Source: Alphaproteobacteria bacterium
GTDB lineage: Bacteria; Pseudomonadota; Alphaproteobacteria; MPNO01
NCBI GenBank assembly: GCA_965248835.1
Contig: CBDFLJ010000001.1
Coordinates: 2,221,381 to 2,285,380 of the forward strand
Direction: 5' to 3'
Length of the DNA stretch: 64,000 bases
This document shows positions 28,206 through 39,696 of the stretch, in pieces (the stretch's first letter is position 1; every line of letters begins with the position of its first letter). A program made the position numbers and the translations under genes. Below the pieces are notes generated by a model. That model had not been told where the DNA came from. It was given only the letters and a program-made list of their open reading frames with translations, and did not search any database.

Positions 28206-29110
28206 CTATGGGGATTGTGGCTGCGGCGCCTGGTCCGAGAGGCCGGAATGGACCGGTGGCATGTCTGACGGATCGGCCTCATCGAGTGGGTGGCGGCCGG
28301 GTCTGGGATGCCGGTCCGGACGACGGGCTGCGGCTTCACTTCGGCGGCTACGATTGTGGCGTCGTGCGAGGCGGGCAGCGTCGCGGGATAGACCGGCTCG
28401 GTATCCGACGTGCAGGGTGCTGGGCATTTGTGGTCCGGTGCTGTCCGACGGGCGGAGTGTCATGAGCTGTCCTGCCAGAAGGATGGCCGGCATGGCTCCG
28501 GCCGGGGCAGGATGGTGAGGATGATCATGGTTCCGTTGCAGCACGGGCAGCGGTCGGGCGGGTGAGCCGGGACGGTGTCCCTGGCCTGCTCGGCGGCCGG
28601 TTGCGGTGGCGGGGCGTCGAGCAGTTTGCGGCAAAGCGCGAGCTTCGCCGCGCGGTGTCCGTTGGCGAGGAAGCCGTAGTGGCGGATGCGATGGAAGCCG
28701 TCCGGCAGGGTGTGCAGTAGAAAGCGGCGGATGAACTCGTCTGCGTCCAGGGTCATGACCTTCGTCTTGCCATGGTGGCGATAGTCCTTCCAGCGGAAGG
28801 CGACCTCGTCATCGGTTACGCCGACCAACCGGGAGTTGGCGATCGCGACCCGATGGGTGTAGCGGCCGAGATAGGCGAAGACCTGCTCGGGGCCGCCGAA
28901 GGGCGGCTTGGCGTATACGACCCATTCGAGGCGACGCAACTCGCGGAGGCGGCTAATGAAGGCCTCAGGATCCGCGAGCCCGGCGAGCGCGCCAAAGAAG
29001 CCCAGACCGCCGGCCTCGAAGGCGGCGTGCAGTGCGTCGAGGAACAGGCGGCGGAAGAGGCGCGAGAGCACGCGGACCGGCAGGAAGAACCCCGGCCGGC
29101 ACGGCACCCA
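28206..29110 (-). mobile_element. IS91 family transposase, 3' fragment with element end
   Basis: FFLPVRVLSRLFR, YLGRYTHRVAI, FHRIRHYGFLAN, CPCC; CAATCCCCATAG end-like motif at ~28206-28217. Confidence 0.85.
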
Positions 29111-29415
29111 GCATCCGGCGACGCACTCCGGCTCTCCGGTCTCTGACAAGCGGCTTGGATCATCTTTTGCTGCGCCAAAGCTGGCCGGGTCGTAGTGCAT
29201 GATCTCGAGTGCGCGTCTAGCGACCTGCATCAAGCCATCATTCCAACCCACAAGTTGCGCCAAGGCGCCCGCGCCCCCCTCCGCGGATTCATAGAACAGA
29301 AGCGCGTTGCGTTCGTCGAAGCTGGGTGCCGGCTCGACGAGGATCTCGCCTTCTTCCAGTTGGAAAACGGCTTCCATGCCGCGTGCCAGCGCATGCTGAA
29401 TTGTGGTGAGCGTTC
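29110..29415 (-). pseudogene. Fragment of the DUF1998-type C-terminal domain of a large DEAD/DEAH helicase
   Basis: HALARGMEAVFQLEE.E...LFYESAEGGAGAL...ALEIMHYD...CVAGC. Confidence 0.7.
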
Positions 29416-29419
29416 CCCT

Positions 29420-30095
29420 GCTGTCCGAGCCGAGCTCCACGAGCCAAAGTCGAGGGAAACGAAGACCGCCCGCACCGCGGCGGCGACCGACGCGACGTCG
29501 ATGGTCGAGCGGTTCTCGCGCGATCTCAGCACCGGAACGGCCCATATGCGGGGCGTGACCGAAAGCGAGAGCAACCAGGCGCAGGCGTTGGTGTCTCATT
29601 ACGACAAGCTCTCGGAGATGAGTGACCTCAGCAAGGAGCAGGTGGCGGCCCTGACGGCCGACGCAGGCGTCTCGGGAGGGCTCGGGAAAGTTGTCGGAAT
29701 CAACGCGGGCGGCGGTGTGCAATGGCGCGGCCAGACCATCGAGCGCGATACGTGGCAGAAGATGCAGGACTATGCCGAGCAGCATCAGGTGCTCGATCTG
29801 TGGTCGAGCGTCTCCGAGGCGTCAAGGCGCTACAGCACCGCGACCGGCGAGAGCGACATGGCGAGCCTCGAGGAGAGCTACGGCGCCAATCTGAGCCGTA
29901 TGCGCCAGCACCGCGAGCAGGCGTCGATGAGCTACCAGTCGGCGGAGACCTGGAGCGAGCAGGCGGCGCGTGTGCGCACCGACGCCCAGGCCATCGACCG
30001 CGAGCTCGGCCAGCCCTTCTTCGCCTGGCTGTCGCAGCGGGAGGGAACGGACGGCAGGCCGATCGGCGTCGGCGGCGCCATGCGGCTCGCCTCAC
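29420..30095 (+). pseudogene. F-type conjugation TraG-like fragment
   Basis: Ser/Gln-rich segment ending QAIDRELGQPFFAWL, adjacent to traD/traI pieces. Confidence 0.55.
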
Positions 30096-30096
30096 C

Positions 30097-30657
30097 ATGT
30101 GGCTCTCGGTGATGCTGGTGGTGGCGGTGCCGGCCTGGAACCTGTGGCGGACGACGGATGGCGCGCAGTGGTACGCCGTCGGGGTTCTCACCATGGCCGA
30201 GGCCAAGCTCGCCATCGGCTACAAGGCCGATGCGCGCCAGGACGTGCGCCTCGGAGACGGGCGAACTTCGGCGCTCACCCTCTACGAGATCGTGAGCTCG
30301 CGGCGGGCGATCGAGGCCCGCGAGGCGATCCTCGATGAAATCCTCTCGAGCGCCTTCCTCGGCGCCAAGATCGGCGCCGGCCTCATCGTCGCGTTCTTCG
30401 TCTGGTTCTGGCTCCGCGGCAAACGTCTCAAGGCGCGGCGCCGGATCCGCGGCGCCGAGCTGGTCTCGGCCAAGGATCTGAGAAAACGCATCCTGCCGCT
30501 CAGATCCCGGGCGCTGCAGGCGTTCGTGGTCTCTATCGAGCGGCCCTACTGCATCGCCGGTATCCCCTATCCCGAACGGACCGAAACCCAGCACACCATC
30601 GTCTCGGGCACGACGGGATCCGGCAAGACCGTGCTGATCGCCGATCTCGTCTCGCAG
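30097..30657 (+). pseudogene. traD: Coupling protein TraD, N-terminal fragment
   Basis: TM segments, RIRGAEL, IAGIPYP..ETQHTIVSGTTGSGKT, then an abrupt switch. Confidence 0.75.
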
Positions 30658-31089
30658 ACGCGCATGGAGGACGGGCGGGTGCTCGACATGCGCCAGGGCG
30701 ATCCCCAGCTACGTCACATCGACCATGCCTGGGCCGCGACCGTGCATGCGTTCCAGGGCCGGACCGTCGACACGGTGATCGCCGCGATGGAAGCGAACCA
30801 TCCCCACTTGACGACGCAGAAGAGTTTCTATGTCGAGATCAGCCGGGCGCGGAACAGCGCGGAGCTGGTGACCGACAGCCGGGAGGGCCTGCGCGAGCAT
30901 CTGGAGACGGCGACGGGCGAGCGGGTTGCGGCGCTCGAGGCGGTCGAAGCTCGAAGTGTTTCGATAGAACGCTCGGGGAAGGAAACGGAACGGGAGTTGG
31001 ATCGAGAAGCACCAGGCACTTCGCGAGACCAAGCGACGCCGGAACCGGAGAAGGCGAAGATCCGCGACGCTCCGGAGCTGGGATTGTAG
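30658..31089 (+). pseudogene. MobF/TrwC-type relaxase-helicase, C-terminal fragment
   Basis: DPQLRHIDHAWAATVHAFQGRT...FYVEISRAR. Confidence 0.8.
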
Positions 31090-31171
31090 GGTAGAACCTC
31101 ATGGACTCGCAGCGAATCGCTGGTCCGTACGCAGGATGGCGAGGAATTCGAGTGCGCCGACCGGGCAATGC

Positions 31172-31270
31172 TTGCAGCCGCGGTCATGCTGCTCTAAATT
31201 AACGCCAGATACCCGCCGGCAGCGTGCTGTCGGCTCAGGGGCTGCTCTTCGGAGCGGCCCTTGCTTTTTC
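31172..31270 (+). promoter_or_regulatory. Putative promoter, two hairpins and U-tract ahead of the NYN gene
   Basis: TTGCAG (31172) and TCTAAAT (~31193); GCCGGCAGC-GT-GCTGTCGGC; GGGCTGCTC-TTCG-GAGCGGCCC followed by TTGCTTTTT. Confidence 0.5.
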
Positions 31271-31281
31271 TGGGAGCGCGA

Positions 31282-32046
31282 ATGCGAACCAGAGTCTATG
31301 TCGATGGCTTCAATCTCTACTATGGAGCCGTCAAAGGCACACCGTTCAAGTGGCTCGATCCGGTCAAGCTGGCTTACCGTGTCCTGCCGCCGGGACACAG
31401 GATCGACCGGCTGCACTACTTCACGGCCCGGGTCTCCGGCGTCGTAGACCCGGGCTCGCCTGCGCGTCAGCAAGCCTATCTGAGCGCGCTGGGCACCTTG
31501 CCCGAAGTCGAGGTGCATTTCGGGAGCTTTTTGGCGAAAACGATCTGGCGACCGCTGACGAACCTGCCGGTCGCGGACAGGGAAATCGGCGCTCCCACAC
31601 CGGTGACCTTGCCGGCCGGCGTGCACCGGGTGGCCGGTTCGCAGAGACTGCCAGTTGGAAGCTATCCGCAGCAGGGCAGCGGCAGGAAGAAGCGGCGGCG
31701 GCGGGAAGGACCGTTACGCGATGCGGTGGTCGCGGAGGTGCATGGCATGGAGGAGAAGGGTTCGGATGTGAACCTCGCCGCCAATCTCCTGAACGATGCC
31801 TGGAAGGGACTGTTCGACGTCGCCGCGGTGATTTCGAACGATACGGACCTGGTCACGGCGATCCGCATGGTGACCGTTGAGCGCGGGAAGCCGGTGATAG
31901 TCGTCTGCCCGGGGCGATGGCAGGTCGCGCCGAAGCTGAAGAATGTCGCCACGCGTGTCCGGCATATCCGCTTGCCCATGTTGAAGGCCGCGCAGTTTCC
32001 GGACCAGATTCCAGGAACGACGATCTCGAAGCCTGCTTCGTGGTGA
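31282..32046 (+). CDS. NYN domain (LabA/DUF88, PIN-fold) ribonuclease
   Basis: VYVDGFNLYYG, YFTA, EEKGSDVNLA, VISNDTDL, QFPD. Confidence 0.92.
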   Translation: MRTRVYVDGFNLYYGAVKGTPFKWLDPVKLAYRVLPPGHRIDRLHYFTARVSGVVDPGSPARQQAYLSALGTLPEVEVHFGSFLAKTIWRPLTNLPVADREIGAPTPVTLPAGVHRVAGSQRLPVGSYPQQGSGRKKRRRREGPLRDAVVAEVHGMEEKGSDVNLAANLLNDAWKGLFDVAAVISNDTDLVTAIRMVTVERGKPVIVVCPGRWQVAPKLKNVATRVRHIRLPMLKAAQFPDQIPGTTISKPASW

Positions 32047-32222
32047 GTCGGCAATACAGAGACACCCGAACGGAGTTTCAGGAGCGTTCCCGAGCCTGAA
32101 GCGCACGTTTGTAAAGGCGTGGAATTACGGCGGCAGAAGTTCATTCCAGAACGGAGACCGAGAATTGTCGTCTCCCGACCGCTGACTGTGAGTCGAGTCG
32201 TGAGCAGCACAGTAGATTTCGC

Positions 32223-33599
32223 ATGGGGCGTGAAAAGATGGACGAAGACCTCAAGGACTTGATTGAAAATCCCCGGGAGACTCTGGCGATCGAATTGAAG
32301 TCATGGATCGATCTTGATGACCAAATCCAGCGAGCCAAAGTCGCACGTCACTTGGGGGCGTTGGCCAACCACGGTGGCGGGTATCTGATCTTCGGATTCA
32401 AAGATGATCTCAGTCGCGACGAGAATCTCCCTGACTCACTCGAAAAATACAATCGGGACAAATTCACGGCGATCGTAAAGCGATACTTGACTCCTACTTT
32501 CCAGTGCGAGGTCGTGGTCGTTCCAGACAGTGGCGGCAATAGGTTTCCGGTGGTCAGGGTGCCTGGTCACGGGGCCGCGCCCATTGCCGTGAGGCGCGAC
32601 GGACCTCAGGACGCGAAAGGAAAACCACAGGCTATCGCGAAGGGAACCTACTACATTCGCAAACCTGGCCCGGAGAGCGCACCGATCATCGGTGCCGCCG
32701 AATGGAGTCCGTTGATCAGTCGATGTGTCCGCAATGATCGCGACCAGTTGCTCAGCGACATAGCCGGTCTTGTGCAGACACCGGGCACGCCAGCGCCGGG
32801 TGCGAGGCAGCGATTGGAGCAGTGGCACAAAGCGAACGAGACACGTTTTCTCGAGTTGTTGTCCGAGGCCGAACAACTTCACTGGCCCGTGTCGATCACG
32901 GAGAACCGTTGTCAGTTGAGCTACCTGATCTCCGTTGAGGGAAGTGAGCAGTTACCGATGGACTCGCTCGTCAAGATCCTGGAGGAGGTGAACAACGAGG
33001 TTCGGGATACGGTGTGGACGGGTTGGAGCATGTTCTACCCGTTTAGTGGGCCAAACATCGAGCCGGTGGTGTTTCCCGAACGGGCCGATGGAACGGGCGG
33101 GAATCTTCTGGAGACCAATCTCATGGGCGATGGAGACTTCGACAGCTCCCTGCCGGACTATTGGCGCGTCGCGCCCGATGGTCGCGCCAGCTTGGTTCGC
33201 GCCTACAGAGAGGATCGAGAGCGAAGCGTTCGTGACTTGGAGCGGAAGGCCGGCACTTGGCTCGATCCCGAAACGGTAGTGCGGGAGACAACGGAGCTCG
33301 TCGCCCATGCGAATGGGTTGGCAAGACGAATGGAAGGGGCAACGCGGGTCGGGTTCCGTTGCACGTGGATGGGCCTTAAAGGCCGGGAACTGGCCGGATT
33401 CAACTCCCCTTGGCGCCGGGGCCGCATTGCGCGCGCCACCCGACGTACAACCGAAGGAGAATGGGGCGTGACGCAGTTGCGAGCGGCTCGCTCAACTATC
33501 GTCGCGGAATTGAGTTGCCCGATATTGGAGCTCTTCGGCTTCAGCGATTGCGACTCTGCGTTTGTCGAGAGAATGGCAGATAGGTTCGTCAAGCTGTAA
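32223..33599 (+). CDS. AlbA_2/Schlafen-like N-terminal domain protein
   Basis: RETLAIELKSW, ALANHGGGYLIFG, YYIR; uncharacterised C-terminus. Confidence 0.85.
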   Translation: MGREKMDEDLKDLIENPRETLAIELKSWIDLDDQIQRAKVARHLGALANHGGGYLIFGFKDDLSRDENLPDSLEKYNRDKFTAIVKRYLTPTFQCEVVVVPDSGGNRFPVVRVPGHGAAPIAVRRDGPQDAKGKPQAIAKGTYYIRKPGPESAPIIGAAEWSPLISRCVRNDRDQLLSDIAGLVQTPGTPAPGARQRLEQWHKANETRFLELLSEAEQLHWPVSITENRCQLSYLISVEGSEQLPMDSLVKILEEVNNEVRDTVWTGWSMFYPFSGPNIEPVVFPERADGTGGNLLETNLMGDGDFDSSLPDYWRVAPDGRASLVRAYREDRERSVRDLERKAGTWLDPETVVRETTELVAHANGLARRMEGATRVGFRCTWMGLKGRELAGFNSPWRRGRIARATRRTTEGEWGVTQLRAARSTIVAELSCPILELFGFSDCDSAFVERMADRFVKL

Positions 33600-33927
33600 G
33601 CAACGGCTATCGAGTATGTGGCGGGCTGTCTGCTTCGAACAGGTTGGGAGTTCAAAGCCGATGGTCTTGGTTGACTCTGTTGATTTGTCGATAGTTTGCA
33701 CTTTGGTCGAGTAGGTCAGGACGGAGAGACATCGCGCCATCTCCAATAGAGTCCTACGATTCTTCTGGCAATTCCGGCGCGATTTTCGACACATCCATAC
33801 GAATTTCCTCGATCTCCTTTTCGCGGCCGGCGGCGATCATGTCCCGAGCGATGGCCTGTGCGGTGAAGATACAGGACCGCAGCATGTGAATTTCGAGATC
33901 GGTCCGTGGCCAGTCCTGGCGGCTGGC

Positions 33928-34121
33928 CATGCGTGAAGACGACAGGACCGGTGTGTCCGAGACACGGCCCGACCGGCAATATCGAATGCCACCATGTCCC
34001 ATTCACTCTCAATTTCTTGTTGTCGGGCATGATCTTGGTGGCAGAACCCATCGGACTTGCCCTTTGAGCGATTTCGAGCCACGCTCAACTTGGCTGAAGG
34101 GTGCCACATGGGAAATCCCGG
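33928..34121 (+). repeat. Isolated IS1380 right end, 194 bp, matching 39403-39596
   Basis: Direct repeat from CATGCGTGAAG to CATGGGAAATCCCGG. Confidence 0.85.
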
Positions 34122-34267
34122 GTTAGTCAAGGATTGGGGCCGCCGCATTTTGCCGCCAATAAAGCTATCGTTGGTCGAATAACATGCACACAGTGAGTGA
34201 ATCATCACAAATCCTAAACATCGACGACAAGGATATCGGTATTTCTGAGGAAAAATATGCATATCTA

Positions 34268-34838
34268 GTGCACTGATTCATTGAGAAGGTTCAGGGAGGC
34301 GCCTGGTTTTTGCGAGGATGTTGTCGGCGGATTTGGTCCAGACGAAGGGGTTGGGGTCATTGTTGTGCTCCTTGAGGTAGCGGTTTATGGCGGCCTGCAG
34401 GTCGGCGACGGAGCGGAACACGTCGCGCCGCAGGCGGCGGCGTGTCAGCGCCGAGAACAAGGTCTCCACGGCGTTGAGCCAGGAGCCGGAGGTCGGCGTG
34501 AAGTGGAACACCCAGCGGGGATGCCGGGTGAGCCAGCGCATGACCTCGGGCGTCTTGTGAGTTGCGACGTTGTCGAGCACGACGTGGATGCGCTTGCCGG
34601 CCGGAACCTCGCGCTCGATGGCGCCCAGGAAGCGGAGGAACTCTTGGTGCCGGTGGCGCTGCATGCAGCGGCCGAACACCGTGCCGTCGAGCACGTTGTG
34701 CGGGCGGCTTCGATCGCCGGAGATCGCGGCAAGCCGCACGCGGTCCTCGGCACTCACCAGAACGCAAACATCTTGAGCCATCCACCGAGATTCGCACAGC
34801 CCACCCCTCCTCTGAATCCCTTCAATGGCTCATTGCAC
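34268..34838 (-). mobile_element. Internally deleted IS630 derivative (non-autonomous)
   Basis: GTGCA...TGCAC ends flanked by TA; transposase N-terminus fused directly to NVLDGTV...FTPTSGSWLNAVE. Confidence 0.85.
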
Positions 34839-34840
34839 TA

Positions 34841-35977
34841 GTGGATGGAATCTAACGCTTGATGCCCGCGTTTGACGGCGGAGATGATTTTGTCCGGGTC
34901 CGCGGTCCAGCGAAATGGCTTGGCCTCGCTGGCGTTATGCTCGGCGACGAAACGGTTGATGGCGGCTTGAAGGTCAACGACGGAGTGGAAGACGCCGCGT
35001 TTGAGCCGGCGCTTGGCGAGTTTTGCGAAGAAGCCTTCCACGGCGTTGAGCCAGGAACAGGAAGTCGGTGTGAAGTGAAAGGTCCAGCGCGGATGACGGT
35101 CGAGCCAGCGTCGGACCTTGGGGTGCTTGTGGACGGCGTAGTTGTCGAGAATGGCATGGATGACCGTGCCGGCGGGCGTTCCGGCCTCGACCGTGTTGAG
35201 GAAGCGGATGAATTCTTGATGGCGATGACGCTGCATGTTGCGGCCGATGACCGTGCCGTCGAGGACGTTCAGGGCGGCGAACAGCGTGGTCGTGCCATGC
35301 CGCTTGTAATCGTGGGTCATCGTTCCGGCGCGGCCCTTCTTTAGCGGCAGGCCGGGCTGCGTGCGATCGAGGGCCTGGATCTGGCTCTTTTCGTCGACAC
35401 TGAGCACGATGGCATGGGCGGGCGGGTCGACATAGAGCCCGACAACGTCGCGCAGCTTGTCGGCGAAGTTGGCGTCTTTGGAGAGCTTGAACTGGCGCAC
35501 CCGATGAGGCTGGAGCCCGTGGGCGCGCCAAATGCGTTGCACGGAAGAGACGGAAACGCCGAGCTTCCCGGCCATCATGGCGGCCGTCCAGTGGGTCGCC
35601 TCGGCGGGCGGATCGGTCAGGGTCAGATCGACGATGCGCAAGGCGACACCGGGTTCGAGCGGCGGAATACGCGAAGGCCGGGTCTTGTCCCGCAGCAGGC
35701 CATCGACGCCCTCGGCCATGAACCGTTCCTGCCACCGCCAGACGCAAGGCTTCGACTTCCCGGTCCGGCGCATGATCTCGACCGTCCCCGCGCCGGCAGC
35801 CGTGGCCAAAATGATCCCGGCCCGCCAGACATGCTTCTGCGGGCTGTTCCTGTCCGCCACGACCGCTTCCAGACGAGCACGGTCGGCGACGCAAACCTCG
35901 AAGGTAATCCCTGTGCGCATGCCCGCAGACTCGCACATACGCTCGGACAAGGGAATCGTCTGTTAGATTTTATCCAC
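34841..35977 (-). mobile_element. IS630 family element with intact transposase (34838-35920)
   Basis: IRs GTGGATGGAATCTAAC / GTGGATAAAATCTAAC; TA flanks; SVDEKSQIQAL, LDNYAVH, SWLNAVE. Confidence 0.95.
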
Positions 35978-36595
35978 TAGGCCTAATTAAGAAATGGCAT
36001 CCGGATCGTTATCAATTGCCAGAGGACATCCTCAAAGCAAACAAACGGTCTCAAGAGATAAACGAGGCCTATGAAATCCTGACTGAGCATATTGAAAAAT
36101 ATGGGTCTGTTCAAATTTACGCAAGACAGACCAGATATACTTCTCCGGAAAGAACAGCGTCGCCTAGTCATTCATATGCGAATCGCAAATTTACGCTTGG
36201 CTTTCCAGACGAAACAGTCTTTGAGGTATTTGTGAAATCATCATACATTGTGTCTGCAGGATTCAATCCCCATAGCAGGAAGATATTTATCAAGTTTCAT
36301 GGGGGAGTCTATGAATACTCCGAAGTACCGGAACATGTTTGGGATGGGTTCATGATGGCGGAATCTCATGGAAAATATGCCCACAGGTTCATTTATCGGA
36401 TTTTCTCATATCGCAGATGCACAGAACCCAACAAACCCTACAATCCCAACGCTACTGTTGTTAGAAACAGTAAGACTAGGCTCCTTAGCTGACCTGCTTC
36501 CGAGCTATAGCTGAATCTTGGTGACGGAGTAATGTGAGGGCGGCGTATCCTGGCGATTGTCAAAGTCGCCGATATCCAAGAAGGAAGGATACGCC

Positions 36596-37119
36596 ATGTA
36601 CGAAGATACGGTTGTTTTGTTTTCGCGTCCAGACCGGGTTTTGATCGAAGATCCCCTGACGCAGGTACTGCGGTCGGGCGCGCGCCAGCTGCTGGCCGAA
36701 ACGGTCGAGGCCGAGGTCGAAGCCTTCGTTGCCGCGCACGCCGATCTTTCAGACGAGAATGGGCGTCGTCGCGTGGTACGTCACGGTTACCAGCCCGAAC
36801 GCGAGGTTCAGACCGGGATCGGCGCGGTGGCGGTGCGCCGGCCACGGGTTCGTGACCGTCACCCGGAAGCCGGCGGGCGCATCCGCTTCACACCTGCGAT
36901 CCTGCCACCCTATTTGCGGCGCGCCAAGTTGGTCGAGAAACTGCTGCCGTGGCTGTATCTGAAGGGCATTTCGACCGGCGACTTCGGTGAGGCCCTGGCA
37001 GCCTTGCTGGGACCGGATGCACTGGGCTTGTCGGCAACCACCATCGCACGGCTGAAGGCGGCTTGGGCTGAGGAGTATGAGCGTTGGCTGCGGCGCGATC
37101 TCTCGACCAAGCGCTCTGT
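36596..37119 (+). pseudogene. IS256 family transposase, N-terminal fragment
   Basis: DPLTQVLRSGAR..VRHGY.PER.VQTGIG..RPRVRDR..LYLKGISTGDF. Confidence 0.88.
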
Positions 37120-37470
37120 TGTCAACGGCGGAGTAAAAAGGGGCCATTGGGAGTTTGAGGCTTGTCCCCGCAGTCCATGGGAGGGACCCGCGCGCGACGC
37201 GGCGTGCCTATCGCCGGGCTGACGCGGCGGCACCGAGAACCCCAGTATCTTGCCCACCGTCTTGCGGTCGATCCCGAAAACCCGCGCCGCCTCACGATTG
37301 CTCATCCCGTCGACATGGCACGCCCGTCGAACCCGCGCATATAAATCCACTGAATACATCCCCCCTGCCTTCATCAGTTCAATCCTGACGAAGGCTAATA
37401 CGCGGCTCCTTTTTGGACCGCCGCAGACCGAAACAGGCCGCCTCACTGGGGGATAATTGCGCCGCCCTTC
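37120..37470. mobile_element. IS21 family remnants (end at 37120 on +; istA 5' fragment 37359-37225 on -)
   Basis: TGTCAACGGCGGAGTAAAA end; MYSVDLYARVRRAC..GMSNREAARVFGIDRKTV. Confidence 0.75.
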
Positions 37471-37524
37471 TCAGAAGCAGGCAAAGTGGAGAACTGTGTT
37501 TTCGATGTACGGCGGGACCTTGAT

Positions 37525-37749
37525 CGCCACCCCCTCGACCGCCTGGCGCTTCCATGCGCCGACCTGGTTCGGATGGACCTGGTACTGCGCAGCAATCTCC
37601 TGAAGCGTCCGCTCGCCCCGAAGCGCTTCCAGTGCCACCTTCGCCTTCAGCTCCCCCGAAAACCGGCGTCGCTTGCTGCTCATCTGCATTCCTCCGTCAG
37701 ACGGGGGAATACACCTTATCGAACTGTCCGATTTTCCGGAGCCACCTCA
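37525..37749 (-). mobile_element. IS3 family left end plus orfA fragment
   Basis: TG...CGGAAAATCGGACA end; MSSKRRRFSGELKAKVALEALRGE..VHPNQV..WK. Confidence 0.8.
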
Positions 37750-37998
37750 GGGTGATGCTGACCGGCACCCTGAATTCGCCCGCGAACTGCCCCGGTTTGT
37801 GTCCCGGGTGCGGCAGATATTCACGGCGCAAGAGCTACTGGCACACCTCGCGCGCATCGAACGCGAACGCCATGACAATGAGCTGGCCGCCATTGAGGAC
37901 GACGACCTGGATTTCGAAACCCCGGCCGCCACCGCGGAGCGGGCACGGCAATTCGATACGATCAAGGAATTGTTGACCGCCACCGCGCTCGGCACGTC

Positions 37999-38302
37999 GT
38001 GACCGGCGTAGTCAAGCCGCAACCGGAATCGTCAACCCAGGAGGTTCTGGCAGGCCTCGTCGAGCGAGTGACGTTCCACAATGCCGATAACGGGTTCTGC
38101 GTTCTGAGAACCAAGGCCCGAGGCCATCGCGATCTCGTGACGGTCGTCGGCCACGCCGCCATGGTGTCGGCCGGAGAGTGGATTACGGCATCGGGGGAAT
38201 GGATCAACGACCGCACCCATGGTCAGCAATTCAAGGCACGCTTCCTGCGCACTTCGGAGCCGTCGTCGATCGAGGGCATCGAGAAATACCTCGGCTCCGG
38301 CA
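37999..38302 (+). pseudogene. RecD2-like helicase, N-terminal fragment
   Basis: LAGLVERVTFHN..NGFCVLR...HGQQFKA...GIEKYLGSG. Confidence 0.85.
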
Positions 38303-38519
38303 GGGGAACGCTCGATCGTCGGTGCGGCGACGTGAGGTTTGAAGTTATCCGATCCTGCCTGTTCGGCTATCATCGGGGGATGAATTCGAGCGTCAATTGG
38401 GAGTGCGGGCTGCAAGAAGTCGGACGACGGGAGGAAGGCGTGATGGGATTGGGCGAGCGGCTTGGGCTCGGGGAAACCGCGGCGATCACGGAAGGTGAGA
38501 GGTTTGCTTTGGCAAATGT

Positions 38520-39243
38520 CCGGTAGCCGAACACCGGGATCGCGATGTCGGGCATGCGCCGTTGCGCCCCGGCGGGGTTCTTGCGCCGCCCGGTCTTCAC
38601 CGTCCACCGCGCATCCGTGTCCTTCTGCGCCGCCTTGGCCGGCTGATCGGGCCAGATCTCGGATGCCCTCTTGCCTGCCTTGATCGCCGCCTTCTCGTCG
38701 TCGCTGTTGCGCTGCTTGGGCGCCGATACCAACGTCGCATCGACGATCTGCCCGCCCATCGCCAGATAGCCGCACCGGCGCAGTTCGCCATCGAAGGCGG
38801 CAAACAGCTTATCCATCGCCCCGGCCCGGACCAGACGCTCGCGAAAGATCCATATGGTGTTGCGGTCCGGCGTCGGCGCTCCGAGATCGAAGCCCAGGAA
38901 GCGAAGCCAGCTCAAGCGGTCGCGGATCAGAAACTCCATCCGCTCGTCGCTCACCGTGTGCCGCGCGGCCAGGATCAGTACCTTGAACATCGCCACCGCA
39001 TCGTAGGCCGGGCGGCCGCCTTTCGATCCGTCCGAATAGCCCAGCGCCGCCTCAAGCGGCGCGCGGAAAATCTCGAAGTCGACCACCTTCGCCAGCACCT
39101 CCAACGGATCACCCGTCGCCGATAGCTTCCGAAGATGATCCGGTAAGCCGAACAGACCAGCCTGCCTCATCAATACCTCCTCGAACCGAACCGCCGTAGA
39201 GAATCACAACCAGGCAAAATTCGCGAGGTAAATGGAGGCGTCC
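38520..39243 (-). mobile_element. IS5 family (IS5 group) left end and truncated transposase
   Basis: GGACGCCTCC end; GDPL..L..VVDFE.FR, GGRPAYD, DRLSWLRFLG, GQIVDAT, KDTDARWT, PVFGY, then truncated. Confidence 0.88.
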
Positions 39244-39244
39244 A

Positions 39245-39596
39245 GCTCGTCAAGATCGGCGCGAAGATCGTCCGCCACGGTCGCTACATCGTCTTCCAGA
39301 TGGCCGAGGTCGCTATCCCTCGTGACCTGTTCGCCGACATCCTCCGCCGAATCGATCGGCTCAGAACGACGCCCCTCCCAACATGACGACAGGATCGTCC
39401 CTCATGCGTGAAGACGACAGGACCGGTGTGTCCGAGACACGGCCCGACCGGCAATATCGAATGCCACCATGTCCCATTCACTCTCAATTTCTTGTTGTCG
39501 GGCATGATCTTGGTGGCAGAACCCATCGGACTTGCCCTTTGAGCGATTTCGAGCCACGCTCAACTTGGCTGAAGGGTGCCACATGGGAAATCCCGG
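39245..39596 (+). mobile_element. IS1380 family 3' remnant
   Basis: LVKIGAKIVRHGRYIVFQMAEVA; terminal CATGGGAAATCCCGG. Confidence 0.85.
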
Positions 39597-39696
39597 TTAA
39601 TTGCCCTTCTTTGCCGAGGTTATTGAGGAACCAAATTACTTCGGTTGTGACACGACGTCCAAGAAACACAGACCAGCAAGTTGATTCACATATTCT

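Larger units (their letters stand above)
34184..36492 (+). pseudogene. J-domain (DnaJ) plus KTSC protein, split by two tandem IS630 elements
   Basis: MHTVSESSQILNI...KYAYL (34184-34267) rejoins in frame to GLIKKWHPDRY...QEINEAYEIL (from 35980). KTSC: SSYIVSAGFNP...FHGGVYEYSEVP...AESHGKY. Confidence 0.85.

Noticed and set aside
28460-31089. Novel fusion proteins (helicase-IS91; TraD-relaxase)
   Set aside because: Each part lacks most of its catalytic domain, so they are better explained as deletion junctions.
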